A stretch of DNA of 45,766 nucleotides, from the NCBI GenBank assembly GCA_027604505.1, contig JADIIX010000007.1:248001-293766 (forward strand), in the 5' to 3' direction. How positions within the stretch are numbered: the first letter of the stretch is position 1; each line of letters opens with the position of its first letter. Source of the DNA: Gonapodya sp. JEL0774. Its lineage: Eukaryota. The translations under genes and the position numbers were made by a program. A model generated the notes under the pieces. That model was not told the DNA's origin. It did no database searches and saw only the letters and a list, made by a program, of their open reading frames with translations. This document shows, one piece after another, positions 1 to 11,606 of this stretch.

Positions 1-2133
1 AATCTCGTGCCGTGGAGTGGCAACAGACACCATGGGAGCGATTGCCGATGCTGTCGGCAAAGACGCTTTCGCTGTGAGTGAACAAGTTTGTCGGAGGTAC
101 GAGAACTTTAGGATGTGAGCATCGCATTATTTACCCCCTGAAGCCTTACCTGAAACCGTGTATGGAATCAGCAATGGAAGGATTGAAGATGGACAACCAC
201 CGCCTGCGCGAGTGTAGCTATTGTTTCTTTGCGACAGCGGCGAAGTTGTACGAGGTGCGGAAAGTTTGAACGCTCCACCGTGAAAACGTGTTCATTAGAA
301 AGCACTTGACCTTTGCAGGACGAGTTCTCTCCGTTCTTGGCGGTAGTTGTTTCTGAGCTGCTCAAGTCTTGCAAACAGACGGATGCAGAGGCTGACTTCA
401 CAGATGAGAATGGAGGTGAGCGGAACTCTCTGAGAACCCTCGACCGTGGGCGAAACCCTCGACTCTCACTTCATCGTACACAGAAATAGATCTCGGAGAC
501 GACGACGACGCCGAAAATGGGATCGTTGTAAACTCTCATGTGGCCGAAGAGAAAGAAATAGCCGCTGATGCGCTGGGTGAACTTTTTGTCGCCACGCAAA
601 GTCACTACATGCCTTTCGTCGAGGAGTCCATAAACGCGCTCATCGGGCTGCTCGAGCACTACTTTTCGGGCGTTCGAAGAAGTGCCGCTTCAAGTCTGTT
701 CAAATTTGTGGCGACTTTCTACAAGATGAGCAACCCACAACAGTGGGTCGCTGGATTCCCTGTTCAGGTCCCAGTACACGACAATGTAAAGAACATCGCG
801 AAGCTGGTGATGGAGGGGATAATCAAAATGCTTAAAGAAGAGGAGGACAGGTGAGCACCTATAATTGGATCAAGGTGGACTTGATGGAGGTGGACAAGGT
901 GCATGTGATGAGAGACTTTCTATCCAGCTCACTTCGACCCATGGCATGAGAAGAAACGGATTATAGCTGATGCAGCCTATCTGTTACCGAACGACATTCA
1001 CAACGGAAATAACACCATCCAAGGAACAACACTGACCCACACCTTCTTCCGACAGGATGTGCGTCATCCAAGTGGGCCAGGACTTCGCCGAGTGCCTCAA
1101 ATCCGTTGGTCCAGTCCTTATAGATGGCTACCAGGAGGACATTTTGACTCAGGTTGTTCAGATCTTAGACGGGAGCCACATCTGCCAGCTTGACATCGAC
1201 GGAGAAGAGAACAGCGGAGACAACACCAGCCCAGAAGAAGACGAACAGGCTGAATATGATGCATTGACGATCAGCTCAGCAAGTGACATGCTGGGTTCTA
1301 TTGCCCGTGCGACTGGTCCTTCGTTTGCGGCAGCACTCCCTTCGATACTGCCCCATGTTGCCAAGTGCGTAGAATCTTTCGCTTGCTTTTATTAGTTAGT
1401 GGTGACCGACTTCTCTTTCCTTGTCAGATACTACAAAGCAACTCGGAGCTCGTCAGACCGATCGATGGCGGTCGGCTGTTTGGGTGAAATTACTGATGGG
1501 CTCAAAGGCGGGGTCACACAATTTGCACCGGCTATTCTGGAACTCCTTGTTAAAGCAATCGAAGACGAAGAAGAAGATGTTCGCAGCAATGCAATTTGGG
1601 CTACCGGTCTGGTACTATACAACACAGAAGGGGACCTCACACAGTAAGCTGCCCTACAAAGAGCGATTGAATCAATGAGTTTGTTAAATCTTAATTCCCG
1701 TGTGGTAGGTTGTATGCCCTCATCTTGCAAAAAATGCAGAGATTGTTTGATCCCGAATCTGTCACTAACCAACGAGATAATGCCTGCGGAGCTCTCTCGC
1801 GCATGATCTTGAAAGCTCCCAGTGCAGTTCCCCTGGACCAAGCACTGCCTGTCCTGGTTGGTGCACTTCCTTTGAAGCGCGACTACGAGGAGAATGAGCC
1901 GGTTTTCCAGGCCCTCTTCAGCCTCTTCCGAAGCAATAACCCATGGGTATGTTGCGATTCTCTTGTTTGAAACATCACCAACTCTAAGATATATCATTGC
2001 AAAATAGGTGTTGCAGAATGTGAATCAATTACTGCCCATTTTTCAGCAAGTGCTCGCCCCACCGGAAACCCAGTTGAAACCAACCACGCGGATTGAGCTT
2101 CAGGAACTTTTGAAGGCGCTTGGCCATGCTTGA
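1..2133 (+). CDS. KAP123: Importin-4 / Kap123-like HEAT-repeat karyopherin, 3' portion (5' end outside window), multi-exon
   Basis: HEAT-like exons (EEKEIAADALGELF; AEYDALTISSASDML; SDRSMAVGCLGEI; EDVRSNAIWATG; RDNACGALSRMI; LPLKRDYEENEPVF) joined by GT-AG introns, e.g. 74-143 and 851-1056; stop TGA at 2131-2133. Confidence 0.9.
898..977 (+). ncRNA. Intronic box C/D snoRNA, snR71/SNORD29-like (predicted 2'-O-methylation guide for LSU A2946, yeast numbering)
   Basis: Box C GTGATGA 905-911; box D CTGA 967-970; terminal stem TGCA 900-903 / TGCA 971-974; guide TCCAGCTCAC 923-932 complementary to conserved LSU GUGAGCUGGG; degenerate D' TCGA 934-937; possible C' near 946-952; lies in the 206-nt intron 851-1056. 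Confidence 0.75.
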
Positions 2134-2243
2134 TATCATTGGTGTTGTTTTATGTTTTAATCACTATTAAGTAAATGTAGCTACGTCAAAATCACAAACC
2201 TCTTTAGTGACAGCTACGAGAGATCGTACATGTTAAGTGCGTT

Positions 2244-5222
2244 TTACGAATTTGTCCTCAGGGGATGATGAGTTCCTGCTCCGCGTCCTCCACCTTCGTC
2301 AATCGGGATCCCTTGCATGCGCATCCGCTCATTAGCGGTCAAAATTCTCGCAGAACCTCGTGAACTATTTGGTGATGCGGTGGGTGTCATTCCGTGCCGC
2401 CATTTTTCAAGAACATTGGAGATTTCTTCGGAGGAGGATTCTGCCATGGAGTCCGCGGTCGGGCTGGTCACTCCCCTGTAAGAGTCGTTGAGAATACTCA
2501 AAAGACTGGCAGGCCCAGGTGCTGAAGCTCGATCTGGAGTCCATACGCTTGGGGAAGGCTCAGAGCCAATAAAACTCGGTGCAGGTTGACTCCGCGGAAG
2601 CGCCGCACTAGAGCCTACCCGAATGATAGGTGAATGCGGCCTGGCCGTTAGTGGTTCAATTTGAGAGCGGCTCTCGGGTTGAGGTTGAATGGGACTGGCA
2701 TACAATCGTGAGGCAGACCGGAATGGCGTTGGATCGCCTGAGGATCCCGCGAAACGCATTGGAGAGTTTTCAATAAAAGTGGAGAACAGGTCCAGATCCG
2801 TATCGTCGATTGTCGATTGCTCGCGTTCTCGACTGCGGGGATGACCTTCCGCTGCAGTTGCAACGATCTCCCTCTCTATCATGACCGTTTTGTTGTTTTC
2901 TCGAAGGATCCGGCTGATATCGGTATTGGGATCAATTCTTGGCAACTCTGGTGTTACCGCCCTGCTCACGTCAACTGAGCGCTGGGTATTCTGAAACCAC
3001 AATGTTGAGTCACACCCGAGACAAAAAAATAGTCATGTGAACTCAAGTCCATACGTACCTCACTTGGCATCCTCTCTAACTCGACAACTGCTCGTACAAG
3101 TGCGGGAGACAACCCTTGGGATCGTGGGTAAACATTCATGGTGGCTGGTTGAACAGAAGAGCGTTCTGGGGTATTCAAAGTCGTGTGGCTATCTTGCGCA
3201 GCACCCAGACGTAGCAGTTTTTCTGCGGCGTCTGTCGCAGAATCATATGTTGGGACGTCATGTTCAACGTATTGGCCCGAGTGCAAACCAAGCGGAGAGA
3301 CATGTCTGGACTCGACAGTGGAAAGTAGGGAGCTCTGTGTGGCAGCTTTATCCAAATGATTCGATTCACGGGGACTGTGTTGGGGATGAACGTCGTGATC
3401 GCGATGGGAATGCACAGCAGGAGCTGATTCCGAGGGTGGACCATCTGAGCACTGTCCTGCAGAGGGCATAGGAACAGGGTAATTCTCGAGGTCAGCTCGA
3501 AAGCCGTTGGTTCCAAGAGGCAAAGTAGGCACATATGGTGGATGGTGGTGGAAATGCTGCGGATGATATGGCGGTGGCGCGCTGTGCTGTAGGACTTCAG
3601 GGATAGAATGTTGAGACCCTGAGAACATTCGATGTGTCAAGTGAGGTTCCCCCCGGGGAAAGGCCTGAGGACCACCGTTCATGAATTGGTCTTTCGAATA
3701 ACCATTCCCAAAATAGTCCGTTTGGTGAGTATCGAGGTGCGAAAACTTTCGTGCAACTGAAAATTCAGTTGTGCGAAGCTCCTCCTCGCTACGCGAAGGC
3801 GGTCGGTTGCTTGAAGTGTGGAGAGGACCCGCATGAGGGACAGTAGGACCTCCTGTTCCATTTGCTTCTCCTAGACTGTAACGAAATCCTCCGTAACTGA
3901 GTCCGACAATGGTTCCTGGCTGTACGCAATTCTCCGCAGCCAGGCGCGGACTGTTGGGAAGGGGAAGCTGTGTTGCGGGGGGCGATGGAACTCCCCGGTC
4001 TACAAAGGAATTCGGGGAGGGGTAGCGCATTTCGTCGATTTGGTGGGTGGATGGAAACATTGCCATCGAAGGGCCGACAACGTGTGTACTCAGGCCCGGG
4101 AGATGATGTGTGGTGAAAATGGGATCACGTTCATGGTCGGCACTTTGAACAGGCAACCAGTTTCTGTTGGTGAAGTTATGGAGCAAATCCCTGAAGCAAA
4201 CTTACCTCAAAAGTGTTTCGCCGCGCATGAGCTGGGATCGCCGCTGCACTTTCTTCCGCGGCTTGATCTCCTCAGCAGAAGATTCCTCACTCCTCTTTCG
4301 TATTAGACCAGAGTGGTTTAGCTCATTCACATTCTCCTCATCAGTTTCTTCCTTCAATTCCATATTTGGACTTAAAGGCGGGGTTTCGGGTTGAAGCATG
4401 GCGCGGCGTGATCGACGGCGACTATGCTCTCGTGCGATTGGCACCGGGTCTTCTTCGACGAGGGAGTATTTAAGGCCAGCAGCCTTGTTCTTGGGTCTTG
4501 GGTGCTTCTGCGCAATGAATGTGGTGACTGGAACACGCTGAGCAGGTGGTGACGGGTCTTTCGTGTCGAACGAAGTGCTACCAGAGCTCTTGGACTGAGT
4601 GCATTGCTGTGCACAGGATTTCCAAGAACACACACAATTGATCGGAGTATAAGACTGCCATCGAGAAGACGTTAAGCTCCGATCGACTCACTCTCTCCTT
4701 GGCTCTCCGGTTCTGGAACCAGACGGCAATCGACTCCACTTTCATCCCAAGCTTTTCCGATAGGGCCAATCTGCTGGTGCTATCAGGATTTTTACACTCA
4801 AGAAAAGCTGCTTCGAGTACCGACTGCTCCTCGGGTGTGGTAGTGCGGCGCTTCTTCGTGCGAAAAGGATCATAACTTCGATAATCGAATTTGGTGCCAG
4901 CCTTCCCTGCTTCCTGTCCCATCAAAGCCGTAGATTTACGGGAGGGCACTGCATCAGTATCATCTTGTTCCACATCATTATCGGGAACGTATGGTTCTGC
5001 TGCGATGGGTTGACGTGTGCCCTCCTCATGGTGTATTCGGGAGGAATCGTCCCTGTCACACGTTCGTCCAATCCCTTTCCTATTTGGCTCCATCGAAGTC
5101 TCTATTTTGATCTTTCCGTTGCTGCCGTCGCCAGCATCCGCGTTACGTTTCCGTTTCTTCGCGTGGCCCTGGATCTGCGGACTGGCTTCCACCTTTTCCG
5201 AGATCATCGTTGGGTCAATCAT
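2244..5222 (-). CDS. Homeodomain transcription factor with long low-complexity C-terminus (4 exons)
   Basis: Homeodomain KKRRTTTPEEQSVLEAAF...RLALSEKLGMKVESIAVWFQNRRAKER (~4692-4862); frame-consistent introns 4607-4691, ~4165-4205 and ~2993-3058 join the four ORFs; start ATG 5222 is inferred. Confidence 0.85.
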
Positions 5223-5439
5223 TTCACCAACACTTCCTCCAGTATTCAAATGATTTAGATGCCTTGCTCTAAACCGGCTCAAAACCGGGATTAGGGAAAT
5301 GACCAAATCGGGGAAAACGCGAAAGCTCAAAGCACAGATCCATCACTCAGAAAATTGAGGCAAACGAAGTAAGTCTCAGAAACGGTCTGAGACATCCAAG
5401 CAATCTATTTTATACTAACATAGAATCATCAAATTTGCT

Positions 5440-7534
5440 CTAAATATCTTCCCCTTCGTCGTCCTCGTCCATAACATCAGCTTCGTCATCGGATCTGTCA
5501 CCAAGCGACAGGTTGATAACAACGAAAGCAAATACGACGACAAGAAACTCACCCCGCGCTACTCATTTCTTCTTCCTCCTCCTCCCCATTACCCCCTTCC
5601 ATATCCACCTCTAAGTCTCCTCCGAGTCCCCCGGCGAAAGGCACACCCTTGCCTTCCAGAAAAGTACCCTTGGCCGTCAGGCCTTCTTTCTCCACCTCAA
5701 CTATCTCTGGAAGTTCAAATTCTTTACTCCATTTTTCCACTATGCTTGCATCCGCGTGAAGGGATGTGTCCGTGGCATTTTCGGAGGGTGGGACGGTATA
5801 GTAAGGAATCCGGCCACCATTCCAATCACGAAGAACCATGCGAGCCGCAGAGTCCGTGTCGGGGACTCCACCCTAATGAAAGGAAGAGGAACGCAAATTA
5901 CTTCTCGCAGGCAGAACATGCAGCTGAACGTAGAAGGCCCACCTTTCTTAGCCGTCCTGTCTTACGAGCAAGCTGTACAAGAAAGTCCCGAGCATCCGCA
6001 AACTCAGGCAGATCGTAGATATGTCGAAGCGCTTCTGCGCGACAGCGCGAAATGATTATCTCGACTGAATTGAAACAACACATGAAACTCATTTCCAACA
6101 AACGCGCGCGAGAGAGTCCATCAAGTCACCTGGTGCTGCAGGGTCCTCTACAAGCTCAACTTTAACGCAATTTCGCAGTAGGACCTCCCCGTCATCACCA
6201 CCATCCTTCTTTGACTTTCCAAAAACAATACCAGGTGAGTCGACCAACCTAACGTTTTTATCCAGTTGAATAAGTTGAGTGGTCTTGGTGACTCCTGGAG
6301 TTGCCCCAGTGGCGGCTACACGTGAACGCTTCAGTGAGTTGATGATGGACGACTTGCCGACGTTAGGAAAGCCGATAACACCGACAGTGACGGACGACTT
6401 GATGTGAGATGAGTTACGGGAGTAATTTTTGAGCAATTGCATGAGATTATCGGCTCCTAGAAACGTCAGCGCAAAAGATGGATGATACTGTCGATGTAAC
6501 TAAGTTGCAAAGGTGGAATACGAGTGGATCAGAGTGCCGGTCGGCATGCTCACCAAAGCTTCCCCCGCCCTGCCCTGGCGCTGCTCCTTTGCTAGCCCTA
6601 GCGAGATTGGTTCTCTGTTGTTGTGTGGACGACTTGAAAGCGATCGTCGGAAAGTCTGAGCGGAGGTACTTTAACCACTTCGCGACAACGTCTTGCGGTA
6701 CCAAATCAATCTTATTGAGCACCAACACGATGCGCTTCCGCACACCACTGTCCAATATGGCGCGCTCAATCTCCTTCGTGCGCGTTCCTAACGGGTCTCG
6801 CGCATCGAGCACTTCGAGAATCACGTCTGACTCCTCAACGACTTTGCGGAACTCCTTGTAATATGCCTTCCTCGAGTTATCTCGCGTTCCCAAGAGCACC
6901 GCTTCTGCCTCCTCGTCCGCTTCGAATGCTCCCTTCGGATTGAGCTCTGCACCAGCACCATGGTCAAGTTCATAAGAGGCCGAGCGCGCAGCTGCGTCAG
7001 CTGCGAGGTCGGAAAGATCTGAAGTAGAAATGGGAAGTTTTCGATTTTTCGACTGAAGGGCCCGGCGAGCGTCAGATTGGCGTTGCTTTTCTTCTTCACG
7101 CTGTTCAGTGGGTACTTGACAGTTAGCTTGCCGCCACCAGTGAATCCCGCCAGTGCACTGCGCGTACAAACCTGACGTTTCGATTCCTCGGCTTGGCGAA
7201 GAAGCTTTTCTTTGAATGGAAAGAGGTTCGGAATACCGGGATCCTTCTTTGCAGCTTCGTAACCCCAGAGTCAATGCAAACCCTTCAAAGTCTATTTGTG
7301 GTCCACCAGGTTAACAAGAAATCATCACATACCTGGTTTGATACCCCTTGCTATATCAGCCTTCGTCTCCTTTCGTTGCTTCCTATGATGCTCTCGAACC
7401 CTTCTCTCAATCTTGTACTTTTGCCTTGCTGGGAGGCGCTTAGACTTGGCCTCTGTGAGAGAGTCCCCAGACTTTCAATGCCATGGTGAAGATCCCGAGT
7501 TGTACGAGCTCTAGAACTTACTCTTGGGAACCAT
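5440..7534 (-). CDS. NUG1: Nucleolar circularly permuted GTPase Nug1/GNL3 (60S biogenesis)
   Basis: N-terminal MVPKKAKSKR...[14 protein letters not shown] and [33 protein letters not shown] (G4); GFPNVGKSS (G1); GATPGVT; DSPG (G3); [11 protein letters not shown]; acidic tail; stop TAG at 5440-5442. Confidence 0.93.
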
Positions 7535-7625
7535 TGTGAAGTATTGAGTGAAACAGCTACAACAATTTTGGCACAGAAAGATAAAATTATGTAGCTTGGA
7601 TCACAGAAGCGTATCCAATTCACCA
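7535..7625. promoter_or_regulatory. Compact bidirectional promoter/5'UTR interval between NUG1 and the Tra2-like gene
   Basis: Divergent inferred start codons at 7534 (-) and 7626 (+), 91 bp apart; AT-rich spacer. Confidence 0.55.
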
Positions 7626-8717
7626 ATGTCTGGTAAGGTTCGTCCATTAACCGGATTGAAAAGCTGCTGAAATACGCTGGTCAATACCCTCACTACCCAG
7701 ACCGCTCTCGCTCTCGCGACCGTGAAGAAAGGCGTCGGTCCCGTTCTCCCAATGGAGATGTTCGCATGGCCGCCGCAAGGGAGGATAGAGACCGGGACCG
7801 CGATGGTGGTAGCAGAGATGACAGACGTGACGAACGCCGTGACAGGTGTGAAGATTTTAGAATGGGGCGGAACTGCTCCCCAGCCACGTTATCAATACGC
7901 TCATCGTTTCAATTTAATCCCGCCTTCTAACCAAAAGAGGCGACGAGAACCCTGGAAATAATCTGTTTGTGCGAGGACTTTCCCACAAGACGAAGGATGA
8001 AGACCTCAGGGAGCTTTTCAACCAGTGGGTACCTGTGCTGCGCACCAATCGTAGCTGCACAGTTTCGTAACCGAGTTCTTTCAAATAGATTTGGAAAAAT
8101 CAAGAAGTGTGAAATCATGTACGATCCTCACACCAAGGAGTCCCGCGGTTTTGCGTTTGTTACGTACGAGCACCAGGAGGATGCGGACGCTTGCGTCAAA
8201 GCGTTCTCCACAGGTCCGGAACTCCATGGCAAGATTCTGAGTGTAGAAAAGGTACTGCTGTCAAGTTGCAGCTTCGCTCATCAGCATCCGGTGGCAACTT
8301 CCTTCCTTCATCAGGCTCGTCGTGGCCGCGCTCGCACCCCGACCCCCGGGCGCTACTATGGCCCACCAAAAGGTGGGGACAAATAACCACTTTACTTCGC
8401 ACATTCTGCCTTATGCTTTTTCTCATCCTTAGCCATGGGCCCTCCCCCACCGCGGGGCGGCCGGTATGGATACCCAGACGATCGAAATGATCGCTACAGG
8501 CCATATGACGGTACGAATCTCAAGAATGCAGTGCAAAATTTGTTTTCTCACCATTCATTTGTGTCCTACTCCTTCCCATAAATTTAAAACCTGCCCCTCG
8601 ACAGATCGCTCTTATGACCGCAGGGATTATTACGATTCCAGGGATTCGAGGAGGGACTACGACAGGGACAGAAGGGATGACAGGCGAGATGACAGGAGGG
8701 ATGACAGAAGGCGCTAA
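7626..8717 (+). CDS. Tra2/SR45a-like SR-related RRM splicing factor (multi-exon)
   Basis: RS/RD-rich N-terminus (MSDRSRSRDREERRRSRSP); RRM with RNP2 NLFVRGL and RNP1 RGFAFVTY; family motif ARRGRARTPTPGRYYGPPK; RD-rich tail; stop TAA at 8715-8717. Confidence 0.85.
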
Positions 8718-9177
8718 GCGCCTGCCTTGAAGAAAGCCCAAGTTCAGAGTTTGACATGCGTCTTGGGATGGTTTGATTTTTCTGTTCCTTCCCTTTTCTT
8801 CTACTTTGGCAATAAGTTTGATGATTCGGCAGCGGCGTGAAATCGGAATCGGCGGCATCTCGCTTTCGCTTTCGAAGAAAGACAGGAGTGACCTCCCAAC
8901 GCCTTTACATCATAATTGTACCAACCGACTTTTCAACTGCAACTGCAACAAACGACTTATATACAACCCCGACATTTAGTTCACTGGCGTCTGCGACCCT
9001 GAACCCAACCTCCACCCGACCCAAATCTATGTTGCACTCTCAGTCCAATCTCCCGCAATTTTCAATCCTGATTTGTCCACGTTCATCACTCCGCACTTGG
9101 TAAAGCCTTCGAAGTATTAGCACTTCACCCACCCCTTTGTGTTATCTCATCACAAGGAAAGCAGTCACCTCATGCAA

Positions 9178-9284
9178 ACCTTTCGAGCTCTTGAGAGTCC
9201 GTTGCCCACACACAGTAAAGAAAAACACAACCTTCGATCTTGAGAGTCCATTACCCACCCAGTAAAGAAAAACACAACCTTCGA
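9178..9284. repeat. Tandem direct repeat, ~50-bp unit, ~2.2 copies
   Basis: TCTTGAGAGTCC...CAGTAAAGAAAAACACAACCTTCGA occurs twice in tandem with few differences. Confidence 0.85.
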
Positions 9285-9479
9285 ACCCACTGACTTGATG
9301 CCAGTCGATCCAAAGTCTCATGTGCACTCACGTCCCCCACTCCGCTTGTCATTTTTCGCAACCATTTTTGGCAACGAGAGTTTGGCACACCATTGCGATA
9401 CAATACTAGTGAGAAAATTGGCGATCCATTCACTATTTTCATATCAAAAGCATCCGAGATTATTACAATTGAATACATT

Positions 9480-11540
9480 TTATGACTTATCCACTCGTTC
9501 TCGCGTGTCTCTCTCAGGTCTCTCATTTGGCGTTCGAACGAACATGTCTGCTCGTATCAGCCTCATGCGAACAAGAACGTGTCGAACTTGGCGTTCGTAT
9601 TCGTGACCTGCCGCAAGAGATTTTTCAAACGTCGTGGACCTTTGGTCCGTGCGCTTGGCATGCACAACCTGTTGAAGAGTTCGGGATGAGGGCTTAGTCA
9701 GAACGGCGAAGCAAACACAGGAATCAAGAGCTGACCATTTGAGGCCTTAGGGTACCTTTTTATGGCTGTCAATCCTTGCTTGCACCATTCCCTCCATTAT
9801 CAGACCAGCAAGCTCGGGCTCAAGCTGACCAATCGTTGTGTTGAATGCAGCAGCCATAGTTGCCATGTTAACGGAAAGGAATGGGCTCAAGTATTGCACC
9901 AAAGCCTTTTTGCGAATGTTCTGATAGAGGGCGTCGACGTGGGTGTGGAGGTAGATGTCGAGGAGGAGATCAGCCTGTACAACGCCGCCATGTATTCGTG
10001 AGCAAAACGAACAGAAAGAAACAGAATAATATCTACACAATACCTTCATTCTTTCCAATAACTTCAAGCAGTGCGCGTACTTGGAGTTATAAAATCCGTA
10101 AATGAGCTCTCGAACCTGGGGCTCCAGTTCAAGAAACTGTCGGAACTCGGCGTTGTCGATAACGAGACGTTTGAGCTCTGCGCGATCAAACGACGCTAAT
10201 GCGCACAAGCCACCATATGTAGCAACATCGTTCGGACTCAGAACCTTAAAAAGGAATTCCGTTTCAGCCACATTGCGCTTGTCCAAGACTCGCAAACTCA
10301 CCCACATCATTGAATGTCGTCCCCAATGCGAATCCGGTGTCGACAAATTGTCTTCCTGCAAGCCTAAACTTGCCTTGATCCAGGTGCGCTAGCCCAACAG
10401 CAGCTTTACACTTCGCCTGCACCTGCGGTCGTTCAGCGACATCGGCCGATGTAGAAGCCTTTTGGGCGTATGACTCAATGTGCGACCAGTTGCCCATTTC
10501 AATGGAGACCTAGCAAGGCAGCACAATGAGGAAACTGGTGCAAATCTTCGTGTTGGCCCATCTCCGCGCAATCATCCGACAAACCTTGATGATGTTCAGT
10601 GACATTTCAACAGCATGTTTCGCTGTAGTGGCGTAATCTCTTGTTCGCGAGTATGACTTCAAGGCATTATTGAGATCCCCAATAGCATAATAATGATTTC
10701 CAAGGTCGTTATGTGCCATCTAGGTGTTAGTGGAATCGAACACCGCGCAACAATCCCATGAGAAAGTAAGAGTTTTGATAACTTTTCTCTTTCGTCATGC
10801 TCAATAAAGCAAACCCACCCGAATGCTTTCCTTGATATGGTTGCTCTTGTAACTTTTCAATTCAGCTTCCAGCTTCTCCGTAGTGCTTCTCCCGCTCCTC
10901 TGCGTTTGGTCGATCCAAACTGTATCAACTTGAAAAGGATGAGCCCCCCGAGTGGCGAGTGCTTCGTTTAAACGTTGGGCAGTCTGTGTGTAGCGTATCA
11001 CATTCGGGGTCCGCTTGAGGTTCTGCAGAGCGAGTTTGAAAGCCTCAATCGCGTGCATGGGGCAATGGTCTGCGATAAAAAGCAAGCGTTCGATGCGGCC
11101 GTGCCCTGATTCAAAGGAGATAATGTAACGAGGAATGTGAACATTCCAGGTGACGTTAACAGTAGGGAACGGAACGGAAGGCGCAAATCACCGAGCGCGA
11201 CACCAAGCGAGCGGAAATCGGTATAATGATCGTGTTTCGTGGTTCCAGATGGTTCCAACGATGACCGGTCCCGCAAGCCGAGTCGGGATGCTCACCGGAG
11301 TAGTTCGCGATGTATTGCTCCGGCTCAAATGAAGGGCTATCAACCTGTCAAGAAGACAGGTGGAAAAAAGGTGGAAAGCATAAGAAATATGCGGATCAGG
11401 GAAAGTCATCTCCACACTAGGTTGGCAGTAATGATTCTCAATAGAGCTCCACAACCCACCAGGATCTTTTGCATTTTCTTTTTCTTATTCGCTCCATCTG
11501 TCGTGGGCAGCGTATCGATCTGCATTGGCTCCTCGGTCAT
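9480..11540 (-). CDS. CSN1: COP9 signalosome subunit 1 (CSN1/GPS1), PCI domain, multi-exon
   Basis: [53 protein letters not shown]...[39 protein letters not shown]...[27 protein letters not shown]. Confidence 0.93.
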
Positions 11541-11606
11541 CGTGGAATGATCAAATGGTCGCACAAAATTAGGTGGCTAATAGTAAATTGTTACGCTTGT
11601 ACAACT

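Noticed and set aside
1015..1036. TCCAAGGAACA...CTGA as a second snoRNA guide and box D in the Kap123 intron
   Set aside because: The CTGAC sits at the expected branch-point position and no matching second box C was found.
7255..7332. GTGATGA (box C-like) at the start of a NUG1 intron on the minus strand; vertebrate GNL3 introns host snoRNAs
   Set aside because: It overlaps the 5' splice site, and there is no CTGA box D, terminal stem or convincing rRNA complementarity.
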